Source: a virus
Taxonomy: Duplodnaviria; Caudoviricetes
Strand: one strand, 5' to 3'
IMG/VR virus record: IMGVR_UViG_3300023173_000013
Coordinates: 7,021 to 71,020 of that record
Length of the DNA: 64,000 bases
In this document: positions 36,986-46,378 of the stretch, in pieces
Position numbering within the stretch: the stretch's first letter is position 1
Layout: each line of letters begins with the position of its first letter
The notes under the pieces: model-generated
What the model saw: the letters and a program-made list of their open reading frames with translations, nothing else
Told to the model about the DNA's origin: nothing
The model's database searches: none
Position numbers and translations under genes: made by a program

Positions 36986-37999
36986 ATGAGCTACATAGAT
37001 GAAAATTGGTTAGACCCTCTAATAGCTGAACTCAATAGAAGAAGCCCTCAGAGTTGGACTTTCGTAGAGGATAATATGGCTCACGGGAGAGGGGTGACTC
37101 CACAAATCAGGTGGAGGAAAAGTGGTTGGGTTAAAGGTCGTAAGGCTTGGATTATCAATGATGACAACGAGCAATATGTCTTACTGTTTTCTTTAATAGA
37201 GCAAGATGGGGCGATCAAAGGGAACAAAGGAATTCGTCCTGTTCTTATTTTAGAAGCCGAACAGGGCAAGAGGGAGCTTTACAAGAAAGTCTTTAAAAAG
37301 CCACACAATAAAGCAGACGCTTTGTTGAAGTCGGTAAGAAGAAATGGGCAACTTGAATATGACCTCAGACCACACATTTCCGACTTAGTAGAGGCACTTG
37401 TTTCGGCATATGATAACCTTATGATGACTCTATTTAAGGTTGATGGTGTTCCTATGCTTGGGGAAGAAGTCTTCGATGAGTATGGGTATGCAGGCGTTCA
37501 TGCGATGAAAGCTGTTGTTGAAAGTGAAGACATAGAACTCATCAATAGGAAGCACGTTGTAGAACTCTTAGGAACCCCTAAGAAAGCGATGGCTATTAGA
37601 GTCGCTAGGTTGGCGATGAAGAGAGCTTCAAAAGGCTTTTATGAAGTTACTTTAGACACCACTCTTAAAAGTATTTGGAATCCCCCGTACCTAATGAAGG
37701 ATTACCCCAAGACTTTTGATCTTGAAAGTGAGAGAGACTTAGAAGAATTGGTGGAAAAAGAGTACAAGAAATACACTAGGGGGCTGAGTTCGAGTGAGAT
37801 TTTTGACCCTAAGAAAATCATCTTTGATAAGATGGGCGTTTTCGGGCTTAGGTTTGTTATGCGAACCTCACAGCATCACGGCGGCATTTCATTACCTAGC
37901 TTTACGATCACTATAGCCTCATACGACTATAGTGATGAGGACTTGCTTCAAATTCTTAAGCATGGGACTTTCTTCTCCCATGCTTTGAGACGCTACTAG
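36986..37999 (+). CDS. Two-domain hypothetical protein with an internal KKAMAIRVARLAMKRA linker
   Basis: 337-aa ORF. The shared motif separates two domains, and TTTATC lies upstream. Confidence 0.6.
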   Translation: MSYIDENWLDPLIAELNRRSPQSWTFVEDNMAHGRGVTPQIRWRKSGWVKGRKAWIINDDNEQYVLLFSLIEQDGAIKGNKGIRPVLILEAEQGKRELYKKVFKKPHNKADALLKSVRRNGQLEYDLRPHISDLVEALVSAYDNLMMTLFKVDGVPMLGEEVFDEYGYAGVHAMKAVVESEDIELINRKHVVELLGTPKKAMAIRVARLAMKRASKGFYEVTLDTTLKSIWNPPYLMKDYPKTFDLESERDLEELVEKEYKKYTRGLSSSEIFDPKKIIFDKMGVFGLRFVMRTSQHHGGISLPSFTITIASYDYSDEDLLQILKHGTFFSHALRRY

Positions 38000-38649
38000 T
38001 TTCTCTCGTAGTGAATAATCTCATCTACTAAGCCTAGCTCTAGGCATTTCTCAGGGTTCAGCCATAAGTCTCTCTTTAAGAGTTGCTTCAGTTGCTTCTT
38101 CTTCATGTTTGTATGCTTGAGGTAGATTGACTGAATCATTTCCATGAGTGAGTCCATAGACTCTTTCTCATCATTCAGATTCTCGTATGTCCCCCAAACA
38201 CCTGTACTGATTTGGTGGATAAGCATAAAGCTGTGTTCGGTGATAAAACGCTTTGCCCCTGCACATGATAGGATAGTCGCCGCAGATGCCGCCCCTCCTT
38301 CAATATAAGTGATGACAGGGATTTGAGAGTTAAGGATATGACTTGCCCCTGCAAGCCCACTAAAAGCACACCCACCATTTGAGTTGATGTGTAAATGGAT
38401 AGCAGGTGCTGAGGGTAAGTCTAACTCTGTAACCATGTTAAAGATATGTTGCCCTATATGCCTAATCGCAATACCCAATTCCATGATCGCTTTTGGAGTG
38501 ATGTCTTGGTAAAGATAGATATGATTATCAGAAATAGAAAGCTCGCCATGATAGTCTTTGTCGCTTCCATTTCTAACAGGCATATTATTAGTGGGTGTAG
38601 GGTAAATCCTACGATTAGTTGGAGGGTTGACGTACTTCATTTCATTCAC
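37996..38649 (-). CDS. ClpP-like (S14) serine protease subunit
   Basis: IHLHINSNGG, GAASAA (Ser), FMLIHQ (His) and KRDLWL...LELGLVDEI (Asp). Confidence 0.9.
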   Translation of the reverse strand: MNEMKYVNPPTNRRIYPTPTNNMPVRNGSDKDYHGELSISDNHIYLYQDITPKAIMELGIAIRHIGQHIFNMVTELDLPSAPAIHLHINSNGGCAFSGLAGASHILNSQIPVITYIEGGAASAATILSCAGAKRFITEHSFMLIHQISTGVWGTYENLNDEKESMDSLMEMIQSIYLKHTNMKKKQLKQLLKRDLWLNPEKCLELGLVDEIIHYERN

Positions 38650-39073
38650 CTTCTCGGACTACATAGTAGCCTTCAGTCCATGCAGAAATAAGAATTCTGA
38701 CAGTTTGTGGAAGTTCAGCCCCTAGAGAGAGACACTCAGGAGCTTTGGGAGATTTCGGCTGACATATCTTGGGTGCATAAGAAGCACAATTCTTATAGTC
38801 TGCACACACACTAGGAAATGGGGCTCGTTTCAAGCAACCTCTAGGGTCACGAAGTCCCTCATTCATTAAAGGAGTGCAGTCGCCCCTCAAAGCACGATCT
38901 AATGAGTCTAGGGAAATGACATCAACAAACCTTGCCCACTCAGTATCTTTTAGCTCTAAGAATTCACCCCAAGAGCCTCCCTGTTCGTTAGGGATAATGC
39001 GAGCTATCTTTGGGTTTGCCCATGTCTTGTCTGAGAGCTTAGTAAAGATGAGTCCATTTCTACGATACATCAT
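38642..39073 (-). CDS. Hypothetical Cys-containing protein
   Basis: 143 aa with a C-x-rich C-terminal half. Confidence 0.5.
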   Translation of the reverse strand: MMYRRNGLIFTKLSDKTWANPKIARIIPNEQGGSWGEFLELKDTEWARFVDVISLDSLDRALRGDCTPLMNEGLRDPRGCLKRAPFPSVCADYKNCASYAPKICQPKSPKAPECLSLGAELPQTVRILISAWTEGYYVVREGE

Positions 39074-39405
39074 TAGTGGTACACTACTTTTTTCTCATTA
39101 ATTGCTTCTACAGCTTTGTCACAAATGTACTCGTTAAAGACTATTTCTGAGCTTAGGATTTCGGTCACTTCTTCGCTCGGAGAACCGACAAACCCTACCA
39201 TGTGTTGCTCTTGGTTGTCGTCTTCATAGAGGACTATTTTAAGGCTAGAAAAAATGTCCTCTACACCAAGTCTTTTCCCTAAGTTAATCCAAACACTAAT
39301 CAATTCTTGAGGTGTCTCTGCCTGTTCAGCTAAGAGCTTTATAGAATACTCAAAGAGTTCTGTAATATCTATTTCGTTATCGTTTTTACCACTCATCATC
39401 TTCAA
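39073..39405 (-). CDS. Hypothetical acidic protein
   Basis: 110-aa ORF coupled to its neighbours. Confidence 0.5.
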   Translation of the reverse strand: MKMMSGKNDNEIDITELFEYSIKLLAEQAETPQELISVWINLGKRLGVEDIFSSLKIVLYEDDNQEQHMVGFVGSPSEEVTEILSSEIVFNEYICDKAVEAINEKKVVYH

Positions 39406-39934
39406 ACCTTTGAGTTGGGATTTGACTTACTAACTTTCTCCAATGGGAGTCAGATTGATGTTCTAGTGAACACAGTAAATCATACCCTTCCCAAAGCTTT
39501 AGGATAAGGTCATATTCAACGTCACGTTCTTTAGTGAGCATTAAGAGTCTGTTTCCCACTTTTCGCTCTAAAATATTTCTCTTAGAGGGTTCTTCTGCTC
39601 GGTCACTTTGTTCAAAGGGGTCTGCCTTTTCTTTATAAACCCATTCTTTTAGCCCATATTTCTGTTCTAATAAAGAGCATGACTTGTTAAAGTCTGACCC
39701 TTCTTTTTCCATGACAAGAGCAACGGAGTCTCTTGCTTTACCACAAGCAAAGCAGAAGAAAGAATTAGACTCAGGGTACACACGGGCAGAAGGGGCATTG
39801 TCTGACCCATCTCCATGAAGGTCACAACGAAATTGTTGTTCACCTCCACCCTCATACACGTCATACCCATAATCTGATAGTACACGAGTGATCGGGATTT
39901 TTTCTTTAATCCGATCTGCTCTTTTACTGCTCAT
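39386..39934 (-). CDS. Stand-alone CHC2 zinc-finger protein (DnaG primase zinc-binding domain)
   Basis: FRCDLH...SARVY...FFCFACG...DSVALVMEKEG.DF...L is the CHC2 signature. No TOPRIM domain. Confidence 0.85.
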   Translation of the reverse strand: MSSKRADRIKEKIPITRVLSDYGYDVYEGGGEQQFRCDLHGDGSDNAPSARVYPESNSFFCFACGKARDSVALVMEKEGSDFNKSCSLLEQKYGLKEWVYKEKADPFEQSDRAEEPSKRNILERKVGNRLLMLTKERDVEYDLILKLWEGYDLLCSLEHQSDSHWRKLVSQIPTQRFEDDEW

Positions 39935-40385
39935 CTGTGTATAAGGGCTTCCATATAAATTGGTGGTCTAAACTTGTATTCGCTTCGGCAAAGGAAAATA
40001 AGTCAAAGCTATCGGCTTTAGGAAGATTGCTTTTACATCTTGATAGGTGTCCGTAGATCAACCGAACAAGTACTTGAAGTGCTTTGACTCTCTCAGAAAT
40101 ATCTTGAGGATTCCAAAAAAGTTCTACGAATAGGTCAAGGCTTTCTTCGCTGTCAAGAAAGCCGATCTCTCGGTGTCTTTGAAATGCTTCATGCTCCTCG
40201 ATAATATGGAGGACGGTAGCTGTGAGACTCTGAGCATAAAGCCCTAAACTTACTTCTCTAAACTCCTCTGATGTTGCGTACAAGAAATGTATAGGGCAGG
40301 GCTTTTTTGTTTTGTGAATGATTCCATCACCTTTACAAGCACAGTCAAGGGGCGTTGTGGTGATTATCAATGTTTCTGTGTTCAT
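39924..40385 (-). CDS. Hypothetical protein with an N-terminal C-x-C...C-x-x-H cluster
   Basis: DCACKGDG...KPCPIH; RBS CAGGAGG. Confidence 0.55.
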   Translation of the reverse strand: MNTETLIITTTPLDCACKGDGIIHKTKKPCPIHFLYATSEEFREVSLGLYAQSLTATVLHIIEEHEAFQRHREIGFLDSEESLDLFVELFWNPQDISERVKALQVLVRLIYGHLSRCKSNLPKADSFDLFSFAEANTSLDHQFIWKPLYTDEQ

Positions 40386-40418
40386 ACGGGCTTCCTCCTG
40401 AATCCCTTTATATAAGAC

Positions 40419-40437
40419 TAGGTAAGGACTTTACCTA
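40419..40437. repeat. Inverted repeat TAGGTAA-N5-TTACCTA (operator-like)
   Basis: Perfect 7-bp arms next to the TATATAAAG element upstream of the 40385 gene. Confidence 0.6.
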
Positions 40438-40522
40438 CAAAAAGGCACACACAAAGCAAAAAGTACACTAAGGTAGAAATTAAGAAAAAAACGCCCAACT
40501 TTGTCATTGAGTTAGGATTTCT

Positions 40523-40550
40523 GTCGGTTATAACAACCGTAATAACCGAC
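40523..40550. repeat. Inverted repeat GTCGGTTAT-N10-ATAACCGAC
   Basis: Perfect 9-bp arms in a 200-bp intergenic gap, flanked by outer TTAGG/CCTAA. Confidence 0.65.
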
Positions 40551-40585
40551 CCTAAAATCATACTCAGTTCAAAGAGAAACATTTC

Positions 40586-40945
40586 TTAATCCCTCCACCA
40601 ATCATCTAGGCTACCCCAAGGAATAAGCTCATAGATTTCGTCGGGTATGCTACCCGTACAATCATACTCAAACCACTCACCCGAAGTACGCCATTTCTTT
40701 AGGGCTTCATGTAAGTCACGTTCACGCCACCCAAGCCCCTCAAGATAACACACTAATCTGAGTTCGTTAGCATTTCCTGTCTGTAGGGTTTTGAGTCGTC
40801 TTTTAGGGTCTTTTGAGCGACCTATTTTTATCATGCCTGTGGAGCGTTCTTGAATGAAGTAAAGGCAATCACCTTTGCGTTCAAGTTTACGCTCTTTCAA
40901 ACTTTTTAGAATACTAGAGATGTCCATTAATAATCCTATTGTCAT
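40586..40945 (-). CDS. GIY-YIG family nuclease (T5orf172/MUG113-like; likely start 40927)
   Basis: LYFIQ...IKIGRSKDPKRRLKTLQTGN...ERDLHEAL...GEWF. Confidence 0.85.
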   Translation of the reverse strand: MTIGLLMDISSILKSLKERKLERKGDCLYFIQERSTGMIKIGRSKDPKRRLKTLQTGNANELRLVCYLEGLGWRERDLHEALKKWRTSGEWFEYDCTGSIPDEIYELIPWGSLDDWWRD

Positions 40946-40978
40946 TAGGTACTCTTTATATAGTACCCGACTAGATTA

Positions 40979-42439
40979 TTATGTGGTTTCTTGGATATGC
41001 TCTACTAAGCTAAGTAGATTTTCACCTAGTTTCATTTCTAGGTCGTCTACGAGATTCTGAAGATTAGTGCCTCTCTTTTGGATAGGTCCAATCATAACAG
41101 CTTCGTCAAGAAATGCGTCTAGGTTGAAAGTAAGGTGTTTGGGGTTTGTCATTACAGCGTCTTCCAACTTTTCTCCTACCTTACCCTCTGAGAGAAACTT
41201 TAAGACTACAGTAGGGTTGATGTAGTAAGACACAGTAGTATCAAACTCACCATGACTGATTGCTTCTTGTGCATTTCTAATCGCTTGGTTGACAGTATCT
41301 GTTATTTCCTGTGTCGCTCTCTCTTTGAGACTTTCAGCCTGCTCATTAGCGAACTCTCTAATCTTATAAAGCAGATCAACTTTTTTGTTCTTTAGGTGGT
41401 TAAAGACTTCTTGTGTTGCCTTGAGCTTACGGAAATCAGTAAGGGTTAGGTTAGTGTCTTTGACGATCTTCTTAAAGTACCTGTTTAACTGATCTCCTGT
41501 AATTACATCTCCATCAGGTCTTGTAAACAGAAATGGGTCTATCCCTAGCTCATTTCTGGTTATTTCAGCTTCAGTCGCAAGATTTCTCAATTCTGCCAGG
41601 ACTTGGGGGTCACTTAGATAAGCTACATTTTCGGTGTACGCTTTCCCTCTAAACCTCACTTCAATCTGATCGCCATCTTTACCGATCAAGTCCTTAATGA
41701 AGCTCAATTTCAGAGTTCTAGCACCAAAGGTTTCCATTTCAATATATTCACCCTCCTCATCTTTTAGGTATTTCCCGTCCATACCTTTCATCTTAGAAAT
41801 ACCTTCACCCATAGCAGGTCGGATTCCTGTTTCCATGATGATCGCCACAATCAAGGCTTTGACTCTTAAAAAGACATCATTAGACATCAGGTCGCTCTTT
41901 ACCACATCTACGATATGGTTATATCTTTTAAGGAGTGTGGTCATCTTCTTAATCTTATAGTTTACATCGTCTACTTCGTTGACGAACAAGTCGGTGATAT
42001 ATTGTATTTCGCCTGTGGAATCTACATCAACGGCTAGAGTTTTAGGTAGGAACTTCCTTAACTCTTCGGGGATAGTGTTAAGATAGTTCTCTTGCCCCTC
42101 GTCCATCATTCTGCCCTTGACGTACTCTTCTACGAGCTTCCATATCTTATTAAAAACAGGTTTTTCTTCCCCTGCTTTCTTTCCATGAAAGTACTCAACA
42201 AAAGCACTTACTAGGCTCTTTTGAATGTCTTTATCAGCAAACTCGAAATGTGAGCTAACAAAGTCTTTGTATGCAGGGTTCAGTAAGACCAACTCAGCGA
42301 TCTTCTTTTTGTTAAGCAACTCGCCCAAGTTCCCTACTGTCGAGATCATCTGTCTTAAAACGACAGCACTAGCTTTTACTGCATCACTTTGTGATTCTCG
42401 AAGAAAGTCTATTTCCCCACCTGCCTGTAAATGTCTCAT
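40979..42439 (-). CDS. DNA topoisomerase IB-like tyrosine phosphotransferase, paralog 2
   Basis: METGIRPA (Arg), TFGARTL, FRGKA (Lys), TDFRK (Arg), SHGE (His) and VSYYINP (Tyr). Shares KFLP..L..DVD and VK.DLMS with paralog 1. Confidence 0.75.
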   Translation of the reverse strand: MRHLQAGGEIDFLRESQSDAVKASAVVLRQMISTVGNLGELLNKKKIAELVLLNPAYKDFVSSHFEFADKDIQKSLVSAFVEYFHGKKAGEEKPVFNKIWKLVEEYVKGRMMDEGQENYLNTIPEELRKFLPKTLAVDVDSTGEIQYITDLFVNEVDDVNYKIKKMTTLLKRYNHIVDVVKSDLMSNDVFLRVKALIVAIIMETGIRPAMGEGISKMKGMDGKYLKDEEGEYIEMETFGARTLKLSFIKDLIGKDGDQIEVRFRGKAYTENVAYLSDPQVLAELRNLATEAEITRNELGIDPFLFTRPDGDVITGDQLNRYFKKIVKDTNLTLTDFRKLKATQEVFNHLKNKKVDLLYKIREFANEQAESLKERATQEITDTVNQAIRNAQEAISHGEFDTTVSYYINPTVVLKFLSEGKVGEKLEDAVMTNPKHLTFNLDAFLDEAVMIGPIQKRGTNLQNLVDDLEMKLGENLLSLVEHIQETT

Positions 42440-42501
42440 ATACCCTCTTTTCTCTGTTAAGAAGTTTACAGAAAGGTATGGTCATAAAAGATTTACTGAG
42501 C

Positions 42502-44010
42502 TTAAACTACATCATCAAGAGGGTCTTCCTTCTTTGGTTTAGCATTGGGCGAAGCACCCATCTTGAAGTTCATTGGGGTGTTCAGAATACGACCCACCGG
42601 CCAAGCTGTCTGTGCTTCAAAAGCCTCAAAAGGAGCTTGGTCACGAGACTTCAAGCATTGATACTTAATCATGCCTTTCTGCCTCATATTATCGTCATAC
42701 CAAGAAGCGATTACAACGTCTGCTGAACGCTCTGCTTCGTTGGCATACGAGAGGTGAGTGAGGTTATATGTACCGTCATTCTTCTCAGCCGCTTTGAAGC
42801 CCTCACGGTTAATCTGAAATAGACATAGGATAGGAACGCCTTGCCCTCTATTGAAGCCCATAGCTGTCTTTTTCAAGTCTCGGATAACTTCATTCAAACG
42901 CTCAGTAGTAGACGCTACCCAACGTCTACTAGACATTAAGAGTGCGTGGTCAACTACTACTAATTTCACAGGGTGTTTAGAGGCGATAGTCTCTGCTTTA
43001 GTCCTCATGTCCTCAACAGTAAAGTCAAGGCTATCGGGGTCAGCTACCTCAAAGAAAATAGAGCCGTAAGTACCATTCTGCATATTGGTCTTGAGATCAT
43101 CAATCACCTCTTTCAGAAATAGCTCCTCGTCTTGAGTGAGCTTACCATCTCTGATTTTGATCGGGTCAAGACCAACATCAGGATTGGGCTGAGCTTGAAT
43201 ACCTAAAGCGATACGCTTCTGCCGAAACTTAGGGTGCATACTATGAAATGCGTAGATGGTTCTGCGACATTGAGAATAGTGCATTTCTAACGAGAAATAG
43301 ATGGTACTTGTCCCACCAAAAATCGCTTGGTTATACACCCAATTTACAGCCGACTTAGACTTCATGTGTCCTGTAAAGCCTGCCATAATGTAGAGTTCTT
43401 TTCTCTTAAAGCCACCGATAGCGTCATCAATGACTTGCAGTCCTGTCTTTGGTAAAACTTCCACTTTTGTATCCTTAATCTTTTGATATTCCTCCCAAAA
43501 TTCCTCACCATCTCCAAGAGCTTCGCCCCCAATACGAGTGCCAAATGTAGGGGTCATTAAATCATGTAGTTGCTGAAAGATAAATCGCCCTGCATCACGA
43601 GCACCCTTGAGCGTTCTCTTAGTTTTCCCCTCTTTAATCTCAATGCCATTTCTAGTGATTTCTTTGACCTGTGCCATAGTCTCACTGAGAGACATGATAC
43701 GGGCTTCTTCTACTTGCTTTTCAATTAAGAAGATGAAGTCACCACGATAGGCAGGCTCAATCGTAGAGAGTGAACGAATACGATCAGCTTCATCATATTG
43801 ATTGTTGCTGTCTAGGAAGTTAATCGCTGTTTCTTGAGTGGGTAAGTGAGAGTGCTGAGACACAAACTCTTTGATATAGTCATAGATCACACGATCTACA
43901 GGCATATCAAAGTTAAGGATTGATTCTCGCAAAGCCGTATAGTTTTGAAGCATGGCTTTTTCATCATCACCGATACGAGGTTCGGGGATTATTGATCTTA
44001 ATATTCTCAT
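42502..44010 (-). CDS. DnaB-like (SF4) replicative helicase
   Basis: AGFTGHMKS (variant Walker A), YFSLEM, VVVDH, LFQINRE and AERSADVV. Confidence 0.85.
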   Translation of the reverse strand: MRILRSIIPEPRIGDDEKAMLQNYTALRESILNFDMPVDRVIYDYIKEFVSQHSHLPTQETAINFLDSNNQYDEADRIRSLSTIEPAYRGDFIFLIEKQVEEARIMSLSETMAQVKEITRNGIEIKEGKTKRTLKGARDAGRFIFQQLHDLMTPTFGTRIGGEALGDGEEFWEEYQKIKDTKVEVLPKTGLQVIDDAIGGFKRKELYIMAGFTGHMKSKSAVNWVYNQAIFGGTSTIYFSLEMHYSQCRRTIYAFHSMHPKFRQKRIALGIQAQPNPDVGLDPIKIRDGKLTQDEELFLKEVIDDLKTNMQNGTYGSIFFEVADPDSLDFTVEDMRTKAETIASKHPVKLVVVDHALLMSSRRWVASTTERLNEVIRDLKKTAMGFNRGQGVPILCLFQINREGFKAAEKNDGTYNLTHLSYANEAERSADVVIASWYDDNMRQKGMIKYQCLKSRDQAPFEAFEAQTAWPVGRILNTPMNFKMGASPNAKPKKEDPLDDVV

Positions 44011-44732
44011 AGTTTCATCGTCTTATGTCTAGCTGTTGGAAGTGCAGGGTTATTATTTCCACTAAGAGTCTGAACACTCAAAGAACCTCTTACTTTTGCG
44101 TCAGACCTCCCACCAACAATACCGATTCGCTCCCAACCGTCTAGTGCATCATCTACTGCTCTTGACCAAGAAATGTGACCTTCTTCTAAAGGCTTTTCGG
44201 GTTCGACTACAAGCCATGTGGGTTTGCCCAAATGTTGACGTAGCTCGATAGTCTCAGCGAGGACTTCGGGCATAGCACTATTTCTAGCAGTCTTAACACC
44301 CAAACGAATCACAAGTAGTGTAGGAGACTCAGCCAAGTCTTCTAGCGTTGCTACACGAACATCTCGCTTGAAATCGGGGTCAATGATTTCAGAGTCAGAG
44401 CGAGCAAGGTTAGAGAGCCATGCAGAAATGAGAGTAGCGTCAGAAACGACTTTGATAAACTCTTCGGGTCTTGCATGGTGAGCGAGAGCCGATCTCATGT
44501 GTAGCATTAGCTCGCCTTTATGAGCTGTAATCACTACGTTCTCACGAACCTTGCCTTTAAGTAGGCTTGTTTTCTTAATAGGTACAACTTCTAGTCCTGC
44601 CCATGCTTTCTGTGCCTGTACTCCGAGAGCCTTTTTAAGAGTACAAGAGCATGGGATAGCCTGTGGGATTCCATAGTGTCCATCATCAACCTGTATATAG
44701 CCGTAATCATGGCACTTTTTACACTTCGCCAT
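44007..44732 (-). CDS. DnaC/DnaI-like helicase loader homolog with degenerate ATPase motifs
   Basis: N-terminal CKKC...PCSC Zn knuckle and C-terminal PTLLVIRLG...RQHLGKPTWLV, which parallels the DnaC DLLIIDDLG...R...KPTIITTN. Coupled to the helicase gene. Confidence 0.6.
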   Translation of the reverse strand: MAKCKKCHDYGYIQVDDGHYGIPQAIPCSCTLKKALGVQAQKAWAGLEVVPIKKTSLLKGKVRENVVITAHKGELMLHMRSALAHHARPEEFIKVVSDATLISAWLSNLARSDSEIIDPDFKRDVRVATLEDLAESPTLLVIRLGVKTARNSAMPEVLAETIELRQHLGKPTWLVVEPEKPLEEGHISWSRAVDDALDGWERIGIVGGRSDAKVRGSLSVQTLSGNNNPALPTARHKTMKL

Positions 44733-44776
44733 TTAACTCCCCCCTTTCATGTGGTTAGTTGTTGTCTCTCTTTATA

Positions 44777-46378
44777 TCAGACTTTTATAATGTCTCTTGC
44801 ATCTTCTAGCAGTCCATCAAAAATGTCGTTAAGCTCGGACTGACCTACCTCAAGAACATCATCTTCTTCTCCGTCTTCTTTTAGTCTTTTGCCTAAGACG
44901 GCTTCAATCAAGTTCATCTTATTCTTGAGGGTTTTCATTACCCTGTCGTCAATCGTTTTAGGGGCACAGATATGGTAGCTGAACACCTTATCGTGAATAG
45001 ACCCGATACGAATCATGCGACCAATAATCTGAAGGTAGTCACCTGCTGACCAAGGGGTGTCATAGAAGATAACAGCCTTAGCAAGTTGTAAGTTCACACC
45101 CTCAGCCGCAGCCATAGTAATCAAGCAGACTTTGGTTTCGCTCTTAGCGTCTTGAAATGTTTGCTGACTTGCTACACGTTGATCTCCCGATTCTGCCCCT
45201 GTAATACGACAAGTCTTAATGCCTTTGCCCTCTATTTCTGCTTCGAGAATATCGACCATTCCTCTAAACCTAGAGAAGATAATCACCTTCTCACCCTCAA
45301 GTTCATTTTGCAGTAAGTCTAAAAGGGTGTCGAGTTTACCACTATCGCCATCACAGTCAATAAGAGCAGGGTGGTTGACGATTTGCTGACAGATCGTGAC
45401 AGCAGTTAGTTTAGTCACTTCACGCTCTATGATCTCGCCTGTTTCGGGGTCTAAGACTTCAAGCAGACCCTCAAGGGCTTCTTTGTATTTCCCTTTCTGT
45501 TGCTTAGAAAGCTCACAGGAAATAACCTTAGTTGTGAGAGGGGGTAATTCTTGAGCAACTTCGTGTTTGGGTCGCCCAATGAAATAAGGGTCGATCACAT
45601 TACGAAATGCTTCTACATCTCGTTTCCTATGTCCGACTACAATCTGAATGCGTCTACGAGAGCCTGCAATCGTTTGTTCTCTTGTGATGCAGTACTCACG
45701 CATGAAAGAGGTCTTAGTGGTGAACAAGTGAGGTACAGTCACCTTATAGATAGCCCATGCTTCCATGAGCCTATTCTTGATGATCGTAGCTGACAGACTC
45801 CACACACGTTCTGCTGAACCTGCGAGGTGTTTACATACTTGGTGAACTTGAGAGGAGTCGTTCTTAAAAGCAGTAGCCTCATCAAACACCATGATATGCC
45901 CCGAAATAGGCTGTAGGTATTGGAAGTCCATGACGGCTGTACGATAGCCCATAATCATGGCTTTCGGTCCTGCGTTATAGGCTTGGAACTCCTCATGGAT
46001 TTTGGCTCTTTTTTTCTTTGTGCCTAAGCACTTGAAGACTTTAACCCCAACCGTAAAGCGATCTATTTCTGACTCCCATTGACCAACGGCTGACTTAGTA
46101 GTGCAGATGAGTGCAGGAATGTCGGGCTTCTTGTCCCACAGGTAGCTGAGAGCCGCAACAGTCTGAAGGGTTTTACCAAGTCCCGTATCATCGCCTAACA
46201 CGAAGCGAGGCATAGCGAGTAGGTGTAAGATACCCTGTATTTGATACTGCCTAAGAATCAGAGGAGAACCATCATCAAGAGCTGTCTTTAAGGTCTTTGA
46301 TTCGGGTGCTTTGAGGTCGTTTTTGGTTCTGATTTTCCGAAGTTTTTCAATCGTTGCTAGGAGCTTTTCACTTTCCAT
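44777..46378 (-). CDS. SNF2-family (SF2) helicase/ATPase
   Basis: LGDDTGLGKT, VFDEAT, LSATIIKN, IIFSRF, AEGVNLQ and QIIGRMIRIG. Confidence 0.9.
   Translation of the reverse strand: MESEKLLATIEKLRKIRTKNDLKAPESKTLKTALDDGSPLILRQYQIQGILHLLAMPRFVLGDDTGLGKTLQTVAALSYLWDKKPDIPALICTTKSAVGQWESEIDRFTVGVKVFKCLGTKKKRAKIHEEFQAYNAGPKAMIMGYRTAVMDFQYLQPISGHIMVFDEATAFKNDSSQVHQVCKHLAGSAERVWSLSATIIKNRLMEAWAIYKVTVPHLFTTKTSFMREYCITREQTIAGSRRRIQIVVGHRKRDVEAFRNVIDPYFIGRPKHEVAQELPPLTTKVISCELSKQQKGKYKEALEGLLEVLDPETGEIIEREVTKLTAVTICQQIVNHPALIDCDGDSGKLDTLLDLLQNELEGEKVIIFSRFRGMVDILEAEIEGKGIKTCRITGAESGDQRVASQQTFQDAKSETKVCLITMAAAEGVNLQLAKAVIFYDTPWSAGDYLQIIGRMIRIGSIHDKVFSYHICAPKTIDDRVMKTLKNKMNLIEAVLGKRLKEDGEEDDVLEVGQSELNDIFDGLLEDARDIIKV

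Noticed and set aside
40586-40945. GIY-YIG gene as a homing endonuclease in an intron
   Set aside because: It is free-standing and short, and no interrupted host gene or intron structure flanks it.
34662-42439. Calling the TopIB-like genes protelomerases or integrases
   Set aside because: There is no TGRR protelomerase motif, and the T.G..TL and YI.P motifs fit TopIB better. No att-like site or prophage boundary was seen. Kept only as an alternative.
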